Below, piece after piece: positions 25,829 through 39,057 of a stretch of DNA of 124,000 nucleotides. The first letter of the stretch is position 1. The number at the start of each line of letters is the position of its first letter. The notes beneath the pieces are model-generated. The model was not told where the DNA came from. It worked only from the letters and a program-made list of their open reading frames with translations, and made no database searches. The DNA lies in the NCBI RefSeq assembly GCF_000400465.1, contig NW_008806280.1:144001-268000 (forward strand). Reading direction: 5' to 3'. Source of the stretch: Wallemia ichthyophaga EXF-994 (lineage: Eukaryota > Fungi > Basidiomycota). A program made the translations under genes and the position numbers.

Positions 25829-28170
25829 ATGGAAACAACGAATACGTGGAATATACCAATGAAGGCGACTCAAGAGCCCGTGCTACACGTCTATAATTCA
25901 CTCAGTCGATCCAAAGTGGGTGGTGTGGTGTACAACCACTAAATACTCAAGTTACACAGGTCCCTTTCATTCCTACGCACGGTAGATCCGTCACTTGGTA
26001 TAACTGCGGTCCGACCGTTTACGATTCTTCCCATATGGGCCACGCTCGCAACTACCTCACTCAGGACATCATACGCAGAATCCTACGCGACTATTTCAGC
26101 TACGACGTTAAATTTGTCATGAACATTACAGACGTCGATGATAAGATCATCTTGAAAGCCAGGCACAGCTATTTGTTCAACAAGTACAAGCAAGACAATG
26201 GCGTGGCTAACGATACCGTCAAACGCGATTTAGTTGCTTCATTTGAGGCATTCGTTGAGAAAGTGAAACCATCATTTAGTTCTATACCACCAAATTCATC
26301 CTCCCCCCAAGAATACGCGGCGGCTGTTATCGATCACTCTCACTCTCTCCTTCCTTCTTGGCTTGAACACGAACCTAAGGCGGGAATGTACGTGCAAACT
26401 CTCAAGGACTCCCTCGAAGCACTCCAGACACTCTCACTCGACAAGGCTTACGATATTCTCTCTCCATACCTCGACAAGCACCACGGAGAGAGTGTAACCG
26501 ATCCTGCTATTTTCAGATCCTTAGCTGCTTACTGGGAGGCTGCTTTCTTCAAAGACATGGCCGCACTTAATGTCGAAAAACCTGATACACTCACCCGAGT
26601 GAGCGAGTATGTGCCTGAAATCATCCACTTTGTCGAGAAGATTATCAGTAATGGATACGCATATGCCGTTGAAGATGGGAGTGTGTATTTCGATACGAAA
26701 GCATTCGACCATTCTAAGTCGCGCAAAGGGTTTGAGCACGTGTACGCCAAATTACAGCCATGGTCGAAAGGTAGCAAGGAGTTGATCGACGAGGGTGAAG
26801 GGAGTCTAAGTAGTGGGGGAACGGGAAAGAAGGGCAATTCAGATTTCGCGCTATGGAAGGCGTCTAAACCGGGTGAGCCATCGTGGCAGTCTCCTTGGGG
26901 CGCAGGCAGACCAGGATGGCACATCGAGTGCAGTGTTATGGCGTCCGAAGTTCTCGGTCATAACATAGACATACATTCAGGCGGTGTAGATCTGAAATTT
27001 CCTCACCATGACAACGAAATTGCCCAGAGCGAGGCGTGTCATGACTGTCCAGCGTGGATTAACTACTTCCTTCACACAGGCCACCTTCACATCGAAGGGC
27101 AGAAGATGTCCAAATCTTTGAAAAACTTCATCACCATCGACGACGCTCTCGCTAGGTACTCACCCAGACAGCTGCGCCTAGCGTTTATGCTGCAGCTGTG
27201 GAACACGCCGATGGACTTCAAGGAGAGTGCGATGGCGGAAGTGCGCAACTACGAGAGCATGCTGAGCAACTACTTCAGCAATATCCGCGCACTGCTGCGC
27301 GACAGGCGCGATAGAGAGGTAGGAGAAACTGAGAGAGAGTTGGAGTGGGACGGCAGACACCACTACGATGCGCGCGAAAAGGAGCTGGATGGGAAGCTGA
27401 CGGCGGCGAAAGAAGGAGTGCGCGTAGCGCTTTGCGACAGCTTCAATACGCCTTCCGCACTGCAGGTCATGGGCAGTCTGGTGAGTGACGCTAATGTTTA
27501 CATGGCGCAACAGCGCGCGGCGAACACGGTCATGAATGTAGATGTACTAGAGAATATAGCCAAGTACGTCACGCGTATGCTGTCGATATATGGCGTCATA
27601 CCCACATCGCAGCTGCTCGAGATCGGCTGGGCTGATGCGCAGGGCGAGCAGAACAGGAGCAGAGAGGAGGACGTCATGCCTTACGTTAAGGCCCTGTCCT
27701 CTTTCAGAGACAGCGTCCGTCAGATCAGCATCGAAAATAAGGATGATGGCCTCGCGCAGATTCTTAGACTCTGCGATCGCATGCGCGATGAGGACTGCGT
27801 CGATCTCGGCATCGCACTTGATGACCAAAACAGCGGTAAGGCACTCGCTAAGCTGGTCAACCCCGATGAGCTACGCGCGGCAAGGTCCGAGAAAGAACGC
27901 CAAATAACCGCTAAAGCTGAGAGATCGAGGTTGGTAAAAGAACAGGCTGAGCTGAAGCGCGTCGAGAAACTCAAGAAGAGCAGCATCAACCCGGCGGAAA
28001 TGTTCAAGGGGCTGCAGGAGTATTCGAAGCTCGATCAAGATGGGATACCTACCCACGACAGCCACGGTGAAGAGTTATCTAAGAAACGCCGCAAGAATGT
28101 CATCAAAGAATACGAAATACAGGCTAAGGCGTATAGAGAATACTTAGACGCTGGTAGTCCTTCCGTCTGA
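25829..28170 (+). CDS. CRS1: Cysteinyl-tRNA synthetase
   Basis: CGPTVYD..HMGH, GRPGWHIECS, KMSKS. Confidence 0.96.
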
Positions 28171-28272
28171 AGATGAGTGAAGAAGTTTTAAGAAGATATT
28201 CATAATGCATGTATATTATAGTTGCTGTGACTCCTCTTATGCTCCGCGTGCTCTCAGTCCACCACCACCAAA

Positions 28273-28623
28273 ATGGCGTCACTGAGAAATAATTTAGGCG
28301 TGCTGAATAAAATATTACGGGTTGATAATATAACAGTGCAAGAACGGATATCACTACTGTCACTCAAAGTTGGTCTTGTGGGCGATAGAGAGAAGATGGA
28401 GATACATGTGGAATTATCACAGCTATACAGCTCACTCAATCAGCTAGAATTGGCTTATGTGGAATTAGATCAGGCAGGCGTGGCTGTACAAAACGACAAA
28501 GCGAAAGTAATACAGATACTTGGTATGAAAGTTGATATCGAGCATAGGAGACAGAGGTTGAACAGGGCACAGCAGCTGCTCAACCAGATCGAGAAGCTGG
28601 AGAAGCTGGAGAAGTTGGAGTAG
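28273..28623 (+). CDS. Orphan 116 aa coiled-coil protein
   Basis: Intronless ATG-started ORF with heptad-like Leu pattern; no family recognised. Confidence 0.45.
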   Translation: MASLRNNLGVLNKILRVDNITVQERISLLSLKVGLVGDREKMEIHVELSQLYSSLNQLELAYVELDQAGVAVQNDKAKVIQILGMKVDIEHRRQRLNRAQQLLNQIEKLEKLEKLE

Positions 28624-28645
28624 CTCGAGTAGCTGTAAACTCCAA

Positions 28646-30023
28646 TCAAATGGCATTCCTAATCGATTCAGCGACCGGGGAGAGTGGTTGACTGGTAAAA
28701 TTTTGTTGGTAGGCTTGTTGATGGTGGTGTGGTTGGTGTTGTGGTTGATATTGTTGCTGGTGTTGTTGCTGGTGATTTTGCTGCTGCTGCCCACTCTGCC
28801 CACTCGTTACACTCGGATCAAGCGTAATTAACTCATCTTTAATCGCCTGTCTTGCAATCTCGTTGAGGTCTTTGGTCAGTGTCATGAGAATTTTCTTCAG
28901 TTTACCCTCAGCCTTCCAAATTAGATCGAGTGAGTGTATTGGGAGATCTGACTTGAGTGTAGATGTGCTGTTATTGCGTTTAATGCTCTGCGGATGAGTA
29001 TCTGAGAAAGACATGGACATTGACATGGACATGGGTGCTGTGAGGCTGTTGTGCTGAGATGTTTGCGCAGAAGCCTGACTTTGCAGTGATGCTGATGATG
29101 GCTGTGTTGATAGTTGGGGGAGTTGAGGTGGAGGCGATGAGGCTGTATTCGTTGGTGATAGACTGAATGTGTTTGCTGTGTTAGGACCATGACTATGACT
29201 ATTCACCGTCGATAATGGCGATAGTGGACTTGACATTGCAGGACTTGTTGAGTAGGGATTGCTGCTATTGTTCACCACATTCGACCCTAGTGTTGAAGAT
29301 ATTTTGCAATAGATCTGTACCAAGATATCACACAGTGAGTAAATGACTTCAAAGTAAGACAGCTGGAAGGGTATATTAGGGTTAGTGAGGTATGTAATAT
29401 CAGAGGTATCGCTATTTGCTGTTGGACGTTTAGAGTGCTTTGTCTTGAACAAATTTTTGATCTTTGGTTTATAATTGTCATCGTCTAGATTATCATATTC
29501 AGAGAGAGTAGCTGCGAGACTCTTGATAAAGTCAGCTGGCTGGTTGTTATCAAGGTGGTAGCTGAGTGAGAGGCCAAGAACGAGAAATTTGTGTGTTCTG
29601 TGGATGTATTTAAGAAATGTAACCTAATAAAAAGATAAACGCACCTCTTTGACATTTTGTAGTCGTCCAAAGATGGTTCTAGGTCTGATCTAGAGAGTAA
29701 TACCGTATTAAACCAGTGTAAACGGCTGTATAAGCTATTAAACCAAGAGCACTTCATCTAGCACACCAAACTTACCCCTCATACGCCATTCTCATCAGCT
29801 TAAACGACTTGATACGCTTAACCATCGTATCATTGAGCAAATCAATGCCATCTGCATCTGAGGAACTGATAGCGATATTCTCCACTGGATCGCTGTTCTG
29901 CCTGGAGCGAGAAGAAGATGCGGATGTGCCGAGTGTAGATAGCAAATTGGATGCAGAAGACTTTCTCCGGATACCTTCACGTCTGCTAATTGGAGTTGAG
30001 TCGTTGTGAAAGAGTGTTTCCAT
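28646..30023 (-). CDS. Uncharacterised fungal protein (multi-exon, Ser/Gln-rich)
   Basis: Exons ...LMRMAYEG / RLHWFNTVLL / FQLSYFEVIYSLCDILVQIY joined by canonical introns. Confidence 0.65.
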
Positions 30024-30138
30024 TATTTAGAGATTTTATGATTTTACTTGAAATTAAAAGAGTTGCTTGAAATTTACTAGAGTTGGTTTGAATTAATAGA
30101 GTTTAGCCGTTGGTGGTCTTGGTCGATGAGTAATTCCC

Positions 30139-31319
30139 ATGACGGAGTTTTCGAGTAAATGGAGTGAGCTATCGAATCAGTTGAAGGAGTTAGACGGTGT
30201 ATTTGGCTGTGAGTGGAGTTTTATGCTACAGACACAGCACCTCACCTCACTCACCCAGCACCTACAGCACACGCCAATTCACCGACGACAAGCTACCTAA
30301 ATGAATCTGAAATGGATATATTTGGCTCATTCCCTCTTTCATCCATCAACGATGATGATGATGCGCTTAAAGTGGTTAATTGCACTGAATGTGCGAGACC
30401 AGTCCAGAAGTCTGCGTTACAAGTACATTTGATTAACTGTGCTCAAATGAAACAAATATCGCAGCAAAACACAGCTATAAACACAACTACGAAGAGATCT
30501 AAAATTAAGAAGGAAGATACACCAACTCGGACACCTACACCTTCTGCAGAGAGCACACACAGCACAAACAACAGAAAGAGAAGACTGAGTGATGTCTCAC
30601 AGCAATCCACAACTTTGTCCGCATCCCCTCAAAAGAAGAGTCGCAAATTAGACGTCGATAAGCCGAAGAATAAGGCAGCCAACAACAAAGACAAAGAGAA
30701 GGACAAGGAGAAAGAGAAAGGCAAGAAGGACAAGGATGAGGGGCCAATAGACTTAGACAGTCAATGTGGCGTGATCAACGCCAAAGGTACGCCTTGTTCA
30801 CGTAGCTTGACTTGCAAAACCCACCCTATGGGCGCTAAAAGGGCGGTTGAGGGGCGTACTAAGCCATATGACGTGCTTACGTATGAGTTTGAACTAAAGC
30901 GTAAACCTGAATTGGCTGAGAAGCCATTACCCAAGGCTGTCACGCAGTTTGAGGCGGATAGGGCGGCGAATGGGAGGAAGAAAACTGGACAATCGGAGCA
31001 CACAGCGCAAACAACCACGTCCGCTCACGCTCCTATTACGCCCACAATCACACCTCGCTTACAACCACCTCACCCACCACCTATGCCTCCCAAACCAACA
31101 ATAGTGGAGAAGCCAGTTGGCGTTACATCGTGGGATGATTTCAGCAAATATGATGAACCGTTGCTGCCCGCTTCAGGAATTGAGCTCGAGTTGGAAGTCA
31201 CCAAGATACGCGCTGCCACGACTAGCCACCGCGCGCGTCCACTCGCAGCACCTGCTAATAGAATGGCGGGACTGGTGAAGAAAAGAGCGACACTCGGAAG
31301 ATGTCTGATGAAATGTTGA
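30139..31319 (+). CDS. SGF73: SAGA subunit Sgf73/ataxin-7
   Basis: C2HC finger CTECARPV..HLINC; SCA7 domain QCGVINAKGTPCSRSLTCKTH. Confidence 0.88.
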
Positions 31320-31378
31320 AATAGAAAATATTTAAAACAGTGTACTTTTACTTGTAATCTAACGTCATCTACCACCTA

Positions 31379-31822
31379 ATGCAGCAAAAGAGGCATAAGA
31401 ATGACGATGGAGAGGAATTGAGGCCGCAGAAGCGTAAAAGGGAGGGAATGCTAGAAAGATCGCTTTCTAATTTGCAGTTGGAGAATGTTGGAGAGAATGA
31501 GAACAAGGATATTGAAATGACAAAATCCGGGAGCTATGAGGCGGATAAGAATAGAATAGTAGTCTACGATATTGATGAATATCAAAGTGACAATGAGGGC
31601 GTGGGTGATGATAATCATGCTGATAATCAACCCAAATACAAGCTACCGAAGCTTTTATCCAATACTCACGATATTATGTACAAAAGCATGTGGCAGCAGA
31701 GAAAACAAGGGGAAGGAGAGAAGCAACTTGTTTTGTATAAGCCATTGCACATACCCACGCAAGGCACGCAAGAGACGCAAGGGACTGCGACTGATACAGA
31801 TGCAGTGGCCATGGAACAATGA
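31379..31822 (+). CDS. Hypothetical 147 aa protein
   Basis: ATG-started ORF filling the gap; QLVLYKPL motif. Confidence 0.55.
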   Translation: MQQKRHKNDDGEELRPQKRKREGMLERSLSNLQLENVGENENKDIEMTKSGSYEADKNRIVVYDIDEYQSDNEGVGDDNHADNQPKYKLPKLLSNTHDIMYKSMWQQRKQGEGEKQLVLYKPLHIPTQGTQETQGTATDTDAVAMEQ

Positions 31823-31862
31823 GTATCTGAGTATCTGAATATATTCAAATGCATCTATATAT

Positions 31863-32756
31863 TTACCTGCTCATATCAAAATTCCTAATATCACAAACTT
31901 TACCAAATGTGTCTAGCTCTTGACGGAGAATATCCGTGATTTGTTTACGTGTTTCAATTTCATCGCCTTGTCCATTTCTAAGACTATTTAGGAGAGGATC
32001 TACCGTGTACTGAATAGGATCGCCCACATCCACCGTAATATCAGCGTTGAATGACGGAATAGCCGTATAAGGTCTACCATCGACAAACACGTCATTGAAC
32101 CCGGTGAGATGTATAGGGAGGATGGTGGGTGTATGCTCTGTGAGCGTGAGTACTCTACCCACGCCCCACCTGAATGGCCGCAGCGGTGAGGGTGTTATGT
32201 GTGGATTGAAATTGGGTGGAGGAACGTTAATCCTGCCTTCGGGGAACATGGACACCTGGTGAAACTCAATCAAGATATGCAACAGAGGCAGTCTATCCAC
32301 CCACCCACTTGGCTTCATCGAGCAACTGGGCCGCATGAGACACGGCAGATTGATCCACACCACTCCCTCTATACGTTTCAAGCACCTGTCCAGCTTGGAA
32401 GAAGGTCCGGAAGAGAGCATTGGTGAATATTACATCGGACGCGCCTAAAGTCCACCGCCTCCATTTCGGTTTGACGAGTGTGGATAGTGGAAGTATAGCT
32501 GGCCATAGTGGATCTTCTCCGCTGTCAAGTAGTTATTAGAGGCAATTAGGAGCACACTTGGCACCCACACTGCTCTGTGATTCGTTATCGTCAATACACC
32601 GCGATCACTCGATAGCGCTGCGTTGAGCTTGTCTGCCCCTCGCACACGCAGCGATCTAGTGCCATAGCGGTAGAAGAGCTTGGCTAGGCTGCTCACTGTG
32701 AGCATTATTGGGAGTGTTAGTCTGCTGCTCGGTGGTTTTGTTGCGTATTTCATCAT
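31863..32756 (-). CDS. TAZ1: Tafazzin acyltransferase
   Basis: VLTITNH..D acyltransferase motif, FPEG, FRWGVGR. Confidence 0.88.
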
Positions 32757-32788
32757 TCTATACGACGTCTTCCTTGTTCAGGACAAGC

Positions 32789-33865
32789 ATGGCTACACAC
32801 ACGCAGACTGAAAATAGACAGCCTACGTCTATCATATTGCTGGGAATGGCTGGCAGTGGCAAATCCACCGTTCTCCAACGCCTCAACAGCTACCTTCACG
32901 CACAGAACGATGCACCATACGTAATAAACCTTGATCCAGCAGTGCGAGAACTTAACTACTCGGCGAATATCGATATAAGAGATACAGTAGACTACTCTAA
33001 AGTTATGAAGCAGTATAATTTGGGTCCCAATGGCGGTATCATCACGTCACTCAATCTATTCACAACAAAGTTTGATCAGGTGCTGGGATTGATAGAGAAG
33101 CGTAAAAACAGCGTCAACAACATTCTCATTGATACGCCTGGTCAGATTGAAATATTTACCTGGTCTGCATCCGGTGCGATAATCACAGACGCTATAGCTT
33201 CAGAGGTGCCGACGGTGATTGGGTTTGTTGTGGACACCCCACGCACAATGGCGCCAGCGACTTTCATGTCTAACATGCTTTACGCTTGTTCAATTCTTTA
33301 CAAAACTCGCCTTCCACTGCTTCTGATATTCAACAAGACAGATGTACAGGATTGCTCGTTTGCGAATGAGTGGATGACTGACTTTGAGTCATTCCAGGCT
33401 GCGTTGAGCAGTAGGAGCGCTACCTCCACCCACGCCTCCACCAACCAGAACGAAGAACCTAGCTATATGAACTCGCTGATGAACTCGATGAGCTTGGTGT
33501 TGGAAGAGTTTTACGCTAATATTCGATCTGTTGGCGTCAGCGCTATGACGGGAGATGGTATGCCTGAATTCTTTGACGCTGTGGACAAGTGCAGAGGTGA
33601 TTACTACAGCGACTATAAACCAGAACTCGACAGATTGCGCAAGGAGAGAGAGGAGAAGAGCGAGGCTAGCAAGCAGGATAGCATAGATAGGCTGATGAAA
33701 GATATGAAGACGGGTGGTGAGGAAGAGCAACCCATCGAATCTGATGCCAGTGAGGAAGAAGGCGAAACGTTAGATGCACAGGATATGAAAGAGAGAAGGG
33801 GTATGAATGCTACAGCTAACGACGTAGCTAATGATGATGGTACAAGCTGGCCTACAAACCGATAA
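32789..33865 (+). CDS. NPA3: GPN-loop GTPase 1
   Basis: [27 protein letters not shown]. Confidence 0.95.
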   Translation: MATHTQTENRQPTSIILLGMAGSGKSTVLQRLNSYLHAQNDAPYVINLDPAVRELNYSANIDIRDTVDYSKVMKQYNLGPNGGIITSLNLFTTKFDQVLGLIEKRKNSVNNILIDTPGQIEIFTWSASGAIITDAIASEVPTVIGFVVDTPRTMAPATFMSNMLYACSILYKTRLPLLLIFNKTDVQDCSFANEWMTDFESFQAALSSRSATSTHASTNQNEEPSYMNSLMNSMSLVLEEFYANIRSVGVSAMTGDGMPEFFDAVDKCRGDYYSDYKPELDRLRKEREEKSEASKQDSIDRLMKDMKTGGEEEQPIESDASEEEGETLDAQDMKERRGMNATANDVANDDGTSWPTNR

Positions 33866-34292
33866 TTGAAATGCATTTGCTATTTATTCTCGATATCCCT
33901 CTCACGTCAGCTGCGATTAGCCTATTGATATTGTACGATTGCGTGGTGTAGATTGAGTGCGCAATATCCAACTTGTCGTTGTCGACAAGATATTGCAATA
34001 ATTGGGGCAATTTAACTATCTGCTCTAGCAACACGGATTGCTTCAAATTGGTGGTGTCCTCAACATTCCCAATCAGTGCTAGTCGATCGCGTAAAGAGCT
34101 GGTAATTGGACTGAGCTCCTCTAAAGACGTCTTCATCACGGTCATATTATCAGAGGACTGTATCAGCTCGTAGTGATGATCGAAAATGAGCTGCTGGCGG
34201 GAATTCTCGAGCTGACGAATTGATTTATTAAGGCTATTCGATAGGCTGATGAGATCTTTTAAATTTAATTCTGACTTGTCGTTCACGGACAT
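33852..34292 (-). CDS. VPS51: Vps51/Vps67-like GARP subunit (short form)
   Basis: [35 protein letters not shown] matches Vps51 N-domain pattern. Confidence 0.7.
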   Translation of the reverse strand: MSVNDKSELNLKDLISLSNSLNKSIRQLENSRQQLIFDHHYELIQSSDNMTVMKTSLEELSPITSSLRDRLALIGNVEDTTNLKQSVLLEQIVKLPQLLQYLVDNDKLDIAHSIYTTQSYNINRLIAADVRGISRINSKCISIIGL

Positions 34293-34324
34293 TTGGAGGT
34301 TTCCTGTATCAAACAAGGACAACC

Positions 34325-34766
34325 ATGGTGTGTATTTACATTGAATATTCAGTGGATTCATTAAAATTCTTATTCTTATCAACAGCTCCCACTCACTCTA
34401 CTCAACGCTGCACAGAATAAGCCACTGCTGGTTGAGTTGAAATCAGGCGAAACTTTCAACGGCCATTTGATAGCCTGTGACAACTACATGAATCTCACAC
34501 TCAAGCAAGTCTTTCAAACCAGTCCAGATGGCGATGTTTTCTACAAAATTCCTGAGTGTTACATACGCGGTAATACCATCAAGTACATTAGAGTGGCCGA
34601 CGAGCTCCTTGATCAGATAAAGGCGACACAGGACAGGGACAGAGAGCAGTTCAAGAGTCAGAGAGGTTCCAACGACAGAAGCGATAGAGGTAGGGGTAGA
34701 GGCGGTAGAGGCGGTAGAGGCAGAGGCAGAGCTAGAGGTAGAGGATCACATAACAATAACCAGTAA
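34325..34766 (+). CDS. LSM4: Sm-like protein Lsm4
   Basis: M|[45 protein letters not shown] tail. Confidence 0.94.
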
Positions 34767-34791
34767 CAGCACTAACAAAGTCATTTATATT

Positions 34792-35628
34792 CTACCCTAC
34801 CATACTCTTCTTGCGCCCACGAAGCCTGACATCATGTAACTTGATATTCACCTTGTTCCACTCGGCATCACCTACTCTGCGTGCATAGCTGTTGAGCAGC
34901 GTTGTGTACTCTGCTTCAAACGCCGGGTGTGTGCTTCCAAACGCCCTCTCGAGAACATAGAGATCAACAGCCCTATCTTCTGCGCTGGTGTAGTGCGTGA
35001 TAGGTTTGAGGGATGACAATCCAAAGTCTATGATATACACAGCATTCGGATGGTGTTTAAGGATGAGGTTCGATGTGCTATTCATGTGCATTAGCTGGTT
35101 ACTTAATTGTTCAAACCACCCACGTTAAATCACCGTGTATAATCCCCGACAGATGCAATACAGCTATCTGTTCACCGACAAGCTGCATAAGCGTGTCTCT
35201 GTCAATACCTACACTCTTCATATCCAGTCTCATCCCGTCATCAGCTTTCACTTGGCCTTCGGCTTTACTCCCCAGCCACTCCCGCACACTGTATCCATCC
35301 AGCCACTCCATAGCCACCATTCCATCACGACTATCTGTGAACACCACTCGCGGCACCTGCACACCCAGCGATTCTGCTCTGTTCAGCGCCTTCACCTCCG
35401 ATTGTATCCTTTGCTTATTTAAACTTCTATCCAGTGTCGCATGTCGGTATTTCTTCGGGAAGCGCCACTTGAGTATCATTGAACGCTCCTGCGATTGGCT
35501 CAAATACACCCTCTGCCGAACTGCTTAGATTGTCGCTCTATTTATACACTCCAACTAACCGCCTCCGCTCCTTGCTTTATCAGCTGCGATTCGCCCCGAA
35601 GCTCCTCGCTCGTCCTCGTATTCGCCAT
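34792..35628 (-). CDS. BUD32: KEOPS kinase Bud32/TP53RK
   Basis: IKQGAEA|RVY, HGDLT, IDFGLS, EDRAVDLYVLERAF, RGRKKSMVG. Confidence 0.94.
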
Positions 35629-36189
35629 CACCGTTTCTATCAAGGAGTATATTAGTCGAGAGTTATTCCTCACGCTGATAAACTACACGCGAATATACTC
35701 TTTATCTGTCTCAAATATCCTTGTGATAGTGTTCTGCAACCTTCTACACTCGCATGGCCAATTGTGGCATGACGCAGGGTATGTGTATCGATTATAGGGC
35801 AAGCCCTGAGTTACAAAAGCCATTGAAAACCATTGCCTCCTCAAAACATCTTTATGATTGCTTGGATCTTTAGATGTCCATCACATTACGATACTATTCC
35901 TTGAGATGCTAGGATTAATCTCAGCGACCGTTTTATAGGGTTTTGTCAGCCCAGCTGTTTTGTCGTGGCTTTAAACCTAAGCACAGCAAACGCTCCCAAA
36001 CTTGTGTGTTGCACAAATAATAAATCAACACTGATTCACAGTACTCACTACTATACTCTTTTTGAGGCCATGGTAAAGAAGCAAATGTGTTGAATGGAGC
36101 GTGTTTATTTGACTGGAAAATTTTCAAGTTTCACCATGACCGTTCCACGTGGTCCACATGTTTGTGTCACCAAACATACATACTATCTT

Positions 36190-36990
36190 CAGCTCTGCAG
36201 CTCTAACTAATTTTCAATTACTCTTTCAACCCCATTATTTTAAACTTTGAAATGCACCTTGTCTACCCAAACCCCCGATTTCACAGTTTTGATGACCCCC
36301 ACTTCTCTATAGCTAGTTCTCTTCTTCAAATTATAAAGTGAGGCGAAATCGCAATAACAGTTCCCTTGTGCCATGTTCGAGTCCTGTAGACGCCACGCAT
36401 GTAAACCGTTTGTCGCAGATATTGAGCCGAATAACTGATATTTTTAGGTATTTGTAGTATCCAAAATGCATAATGCTTTGGATTCATCTATTAAGCGCGT
36501 TAAATCCTCTGTATCTATCATACAGGTGCTTCAGAGTGATTTCGGACCATTGCTTCCGACCAGCGTGTAGGGCGCAAGTCGGAGCTCCAGGGATCTAACT
36601 CTGACAAAATCATACTCATCTAATCCAGAGCAACCAAGGAACCTCTTTTATTTGGAGATCGTCAAAAGTCGTAAATCACCATCTAAGATGGTGGATATTG
36701 AGCGTAGGGTTGAGATGAGGACTTACTTGAAATGCTGAAATTGTCATACTAATGATGGTCTTGCTAGACTGTTCAAATTGGCAATAAATGGTATCCTTGC
36801 GTTCACCTTCTCACTTTATTGGCTATTTGTAGGTTGAGCTGAGCATATTCAATGAAATGGATAGAGCTGCACTATCTATAAAATTCTAAAGAGCTGTAGC
36901 ACACATTCAAACCCGTCTGCTATCCTTTGAAATCGGTGATTTAAGTCGCAGATAAAGTATTTCCGCATCACAAAGAGGGCAGAGTTGTTG
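36190..36990 (-). pseudogene. Decayed copy A of an unknown gene (homologous to 101860-102700)
   Basis: Aligns by eye with the 102 kb region; translated remnant DTEDLTRLIDESKALCILDTTNT*KYQLFGSIS with stops. Confidence 0.65.
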
Positions 36991-37073
36991 AAATGAGTTC
37001 ATACATTTGAAGATAACTCGTTAAAGCAAATAAACATGAGACATTAAAAAACTGGTTAGACAGTACATGTAAG

Positions 37074-38725
37074 TCACACATATCTTCTCCCTTCTTGCAG
37101 CTTGCTAATGATGGTGGGATGTTCATATTTCCAATATGATCCATCTGGGTAAGTATATTTTTCGATCGATTCCTGATGCATTTCGATGCTATTGTGGGAA
37201 TGTGAGACTAGCAATGGGAATCCAAAACAACCCACCTATATCCACAACTTTTGTCCAGAGGTGCATTATATCTGCCATGTGAATTGACGCTTACCGGATA
37301 CTTGAAGTGTTCGTGTAGATGGTCGACCCACTCGACAACGTTGCGATCGAATGTGGGTGCTATGGAAATGAAATCGATCATGGACAAGTGAACAACGTAT
37401 TCACACAACCCGACACCACCAGCATGAGGACATACTTGAGAGTATTGAGTGTTAGTGAAGTGCGAGATTGAGGCTGAAACGATTTTGCCTACCTGGTACA
37501 CCGAACTTGGCAGCCAACAGCATCACTGCTAGGCATTCATTAACTCCAGCGAGACGACATGCATCTATTTGGAGAACATCTATAGCTCCTGCTTGAAGAA
37601 GCTGCTTGAATAGAACCCTGTTTGCGCAGTGTTCTCCAGTAGCTACTCCGATTCCGATATCTTTCAACCCTTTGCGTATTCTAGCATGACCCAAGACATC
37701 ATCAGGCATTGTGGGTTCTTCAATGAACCATGGTTTACATTGCTCGAGTTTCTTGACGTACGCTATAGCCTCTTCGACATCCCAAACTTGGTTTGCATCA
37801 ATCATTAAGACGTTGCCTGTGAATCAACGTGAGCAGGATAGACCAATTGCTTCTCAACTCACCAGTGGGACCTGCATTCTTCCCTTCAATAGTCTTAGCG
37901 TGTACCCGCTTATCCTTGTTCTGATACTGAGGATCGTCGATGATATCTCTGATCACCTTGGCTCGAGCCAAGTCATCATCCACTGAAACGCCGACTTTAA
38001 GTTTAAAATGGTTGAAGCCAAGATCGAGTGCCTCTTTTGTGAGTCTCTGAACCTTGTCGGTGGTGTAACCCATCCAACCGACACTAGTAGAATAAGCTCT
38101 TAAACCTTCTTGTAAAGCTCTTTTCTCGCGCTCAGTTTTGGTTGACTGCCTCTCGTGCAGCATTTGGACAGCTTCTTCAGGTGTAAGAGCATCGCTGAGG
38201 TATTTGAGAGAGCTACACTTGACAATCTCTTCAGGAGTCATGTCAACGATAAGCTTCCACAGAGGCTTATTGCGAGATCTAGCGTACATATCCCAAACAG
38301 CATTGGCTACAGCCCCAGTCGCAAGATGAATAACACCCTTTTCTGGACCAATCCATCGAAGTTGACTGTCTGAGGTCAGAAGCTCCCACATAGCACCCAT
38401 GTCAGAGAAAAGGCTCTCTATAGGCATACCGACGAGCTTATCTGAGAGCTGTTTGATAGCTTCGATGACTATATCGTTTCCTTTACCGATAGTGAAAGTC
38501 ATTCCAAATCCTTTGAGGGTATCAGAGGCAGCAGCATTAGAATCAGCATTGGGAGTAGTATTGAGGATGACATAAGCAGCAGAGTAATTGCAATCAGTGT
38601 TCATTGCGTCAGTGCCATCGCTGAGACGCGGTTGAGATAAGAGGGAGATGTGTAGGAACAACGCACCCAGAGAGAGAGGTGGGAAAGCGAATATCGTGAG
38701 TAGAATAGCCAGTAATAATAGACAT
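37074..38725 (-). CDS. Enolase-superfamily sugar-acid dehydratase (ENOSF1 / L-galactonate dehydratase type)
   Basis: [57 protein letters not shown]. Confidence 0.9.
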
Positions 38726-39057
38726 GCTTGTGATAATGATGGTTGAGGTTCCTGTCGATTGCGCTTAAATAGGCGGTGCTTCGTGGCATCATTCGACCGA
38801 GAGATAATCGGGGTTGATTAAGGGCTGAATTGAATTATAATCTTGATTTTGCGAACGATAGGATTTAATTTGATATTTAATAGCAGATGATATCTGCTGG
38901 AGTCGGTTGAATGATGGGACGAAGAGGTAGCAGCCAGTAAGGAGTAATCTATGACATTGAAATGACGCAGTACTACTCAATGAGCACGATAAGAATTTGA
39001 ATAATCGTACGACATCGTTGCTCTCTTGAACATAACACATCACAGTGAATTAGAATT

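Noticed and set aside
36375-36395. GTTCGAGTCC B-box / tRNA T-arm-like motif
   Set aside because: T-stem does not pair, no acceptor stem or A-box found; lies inside pseudogene debris
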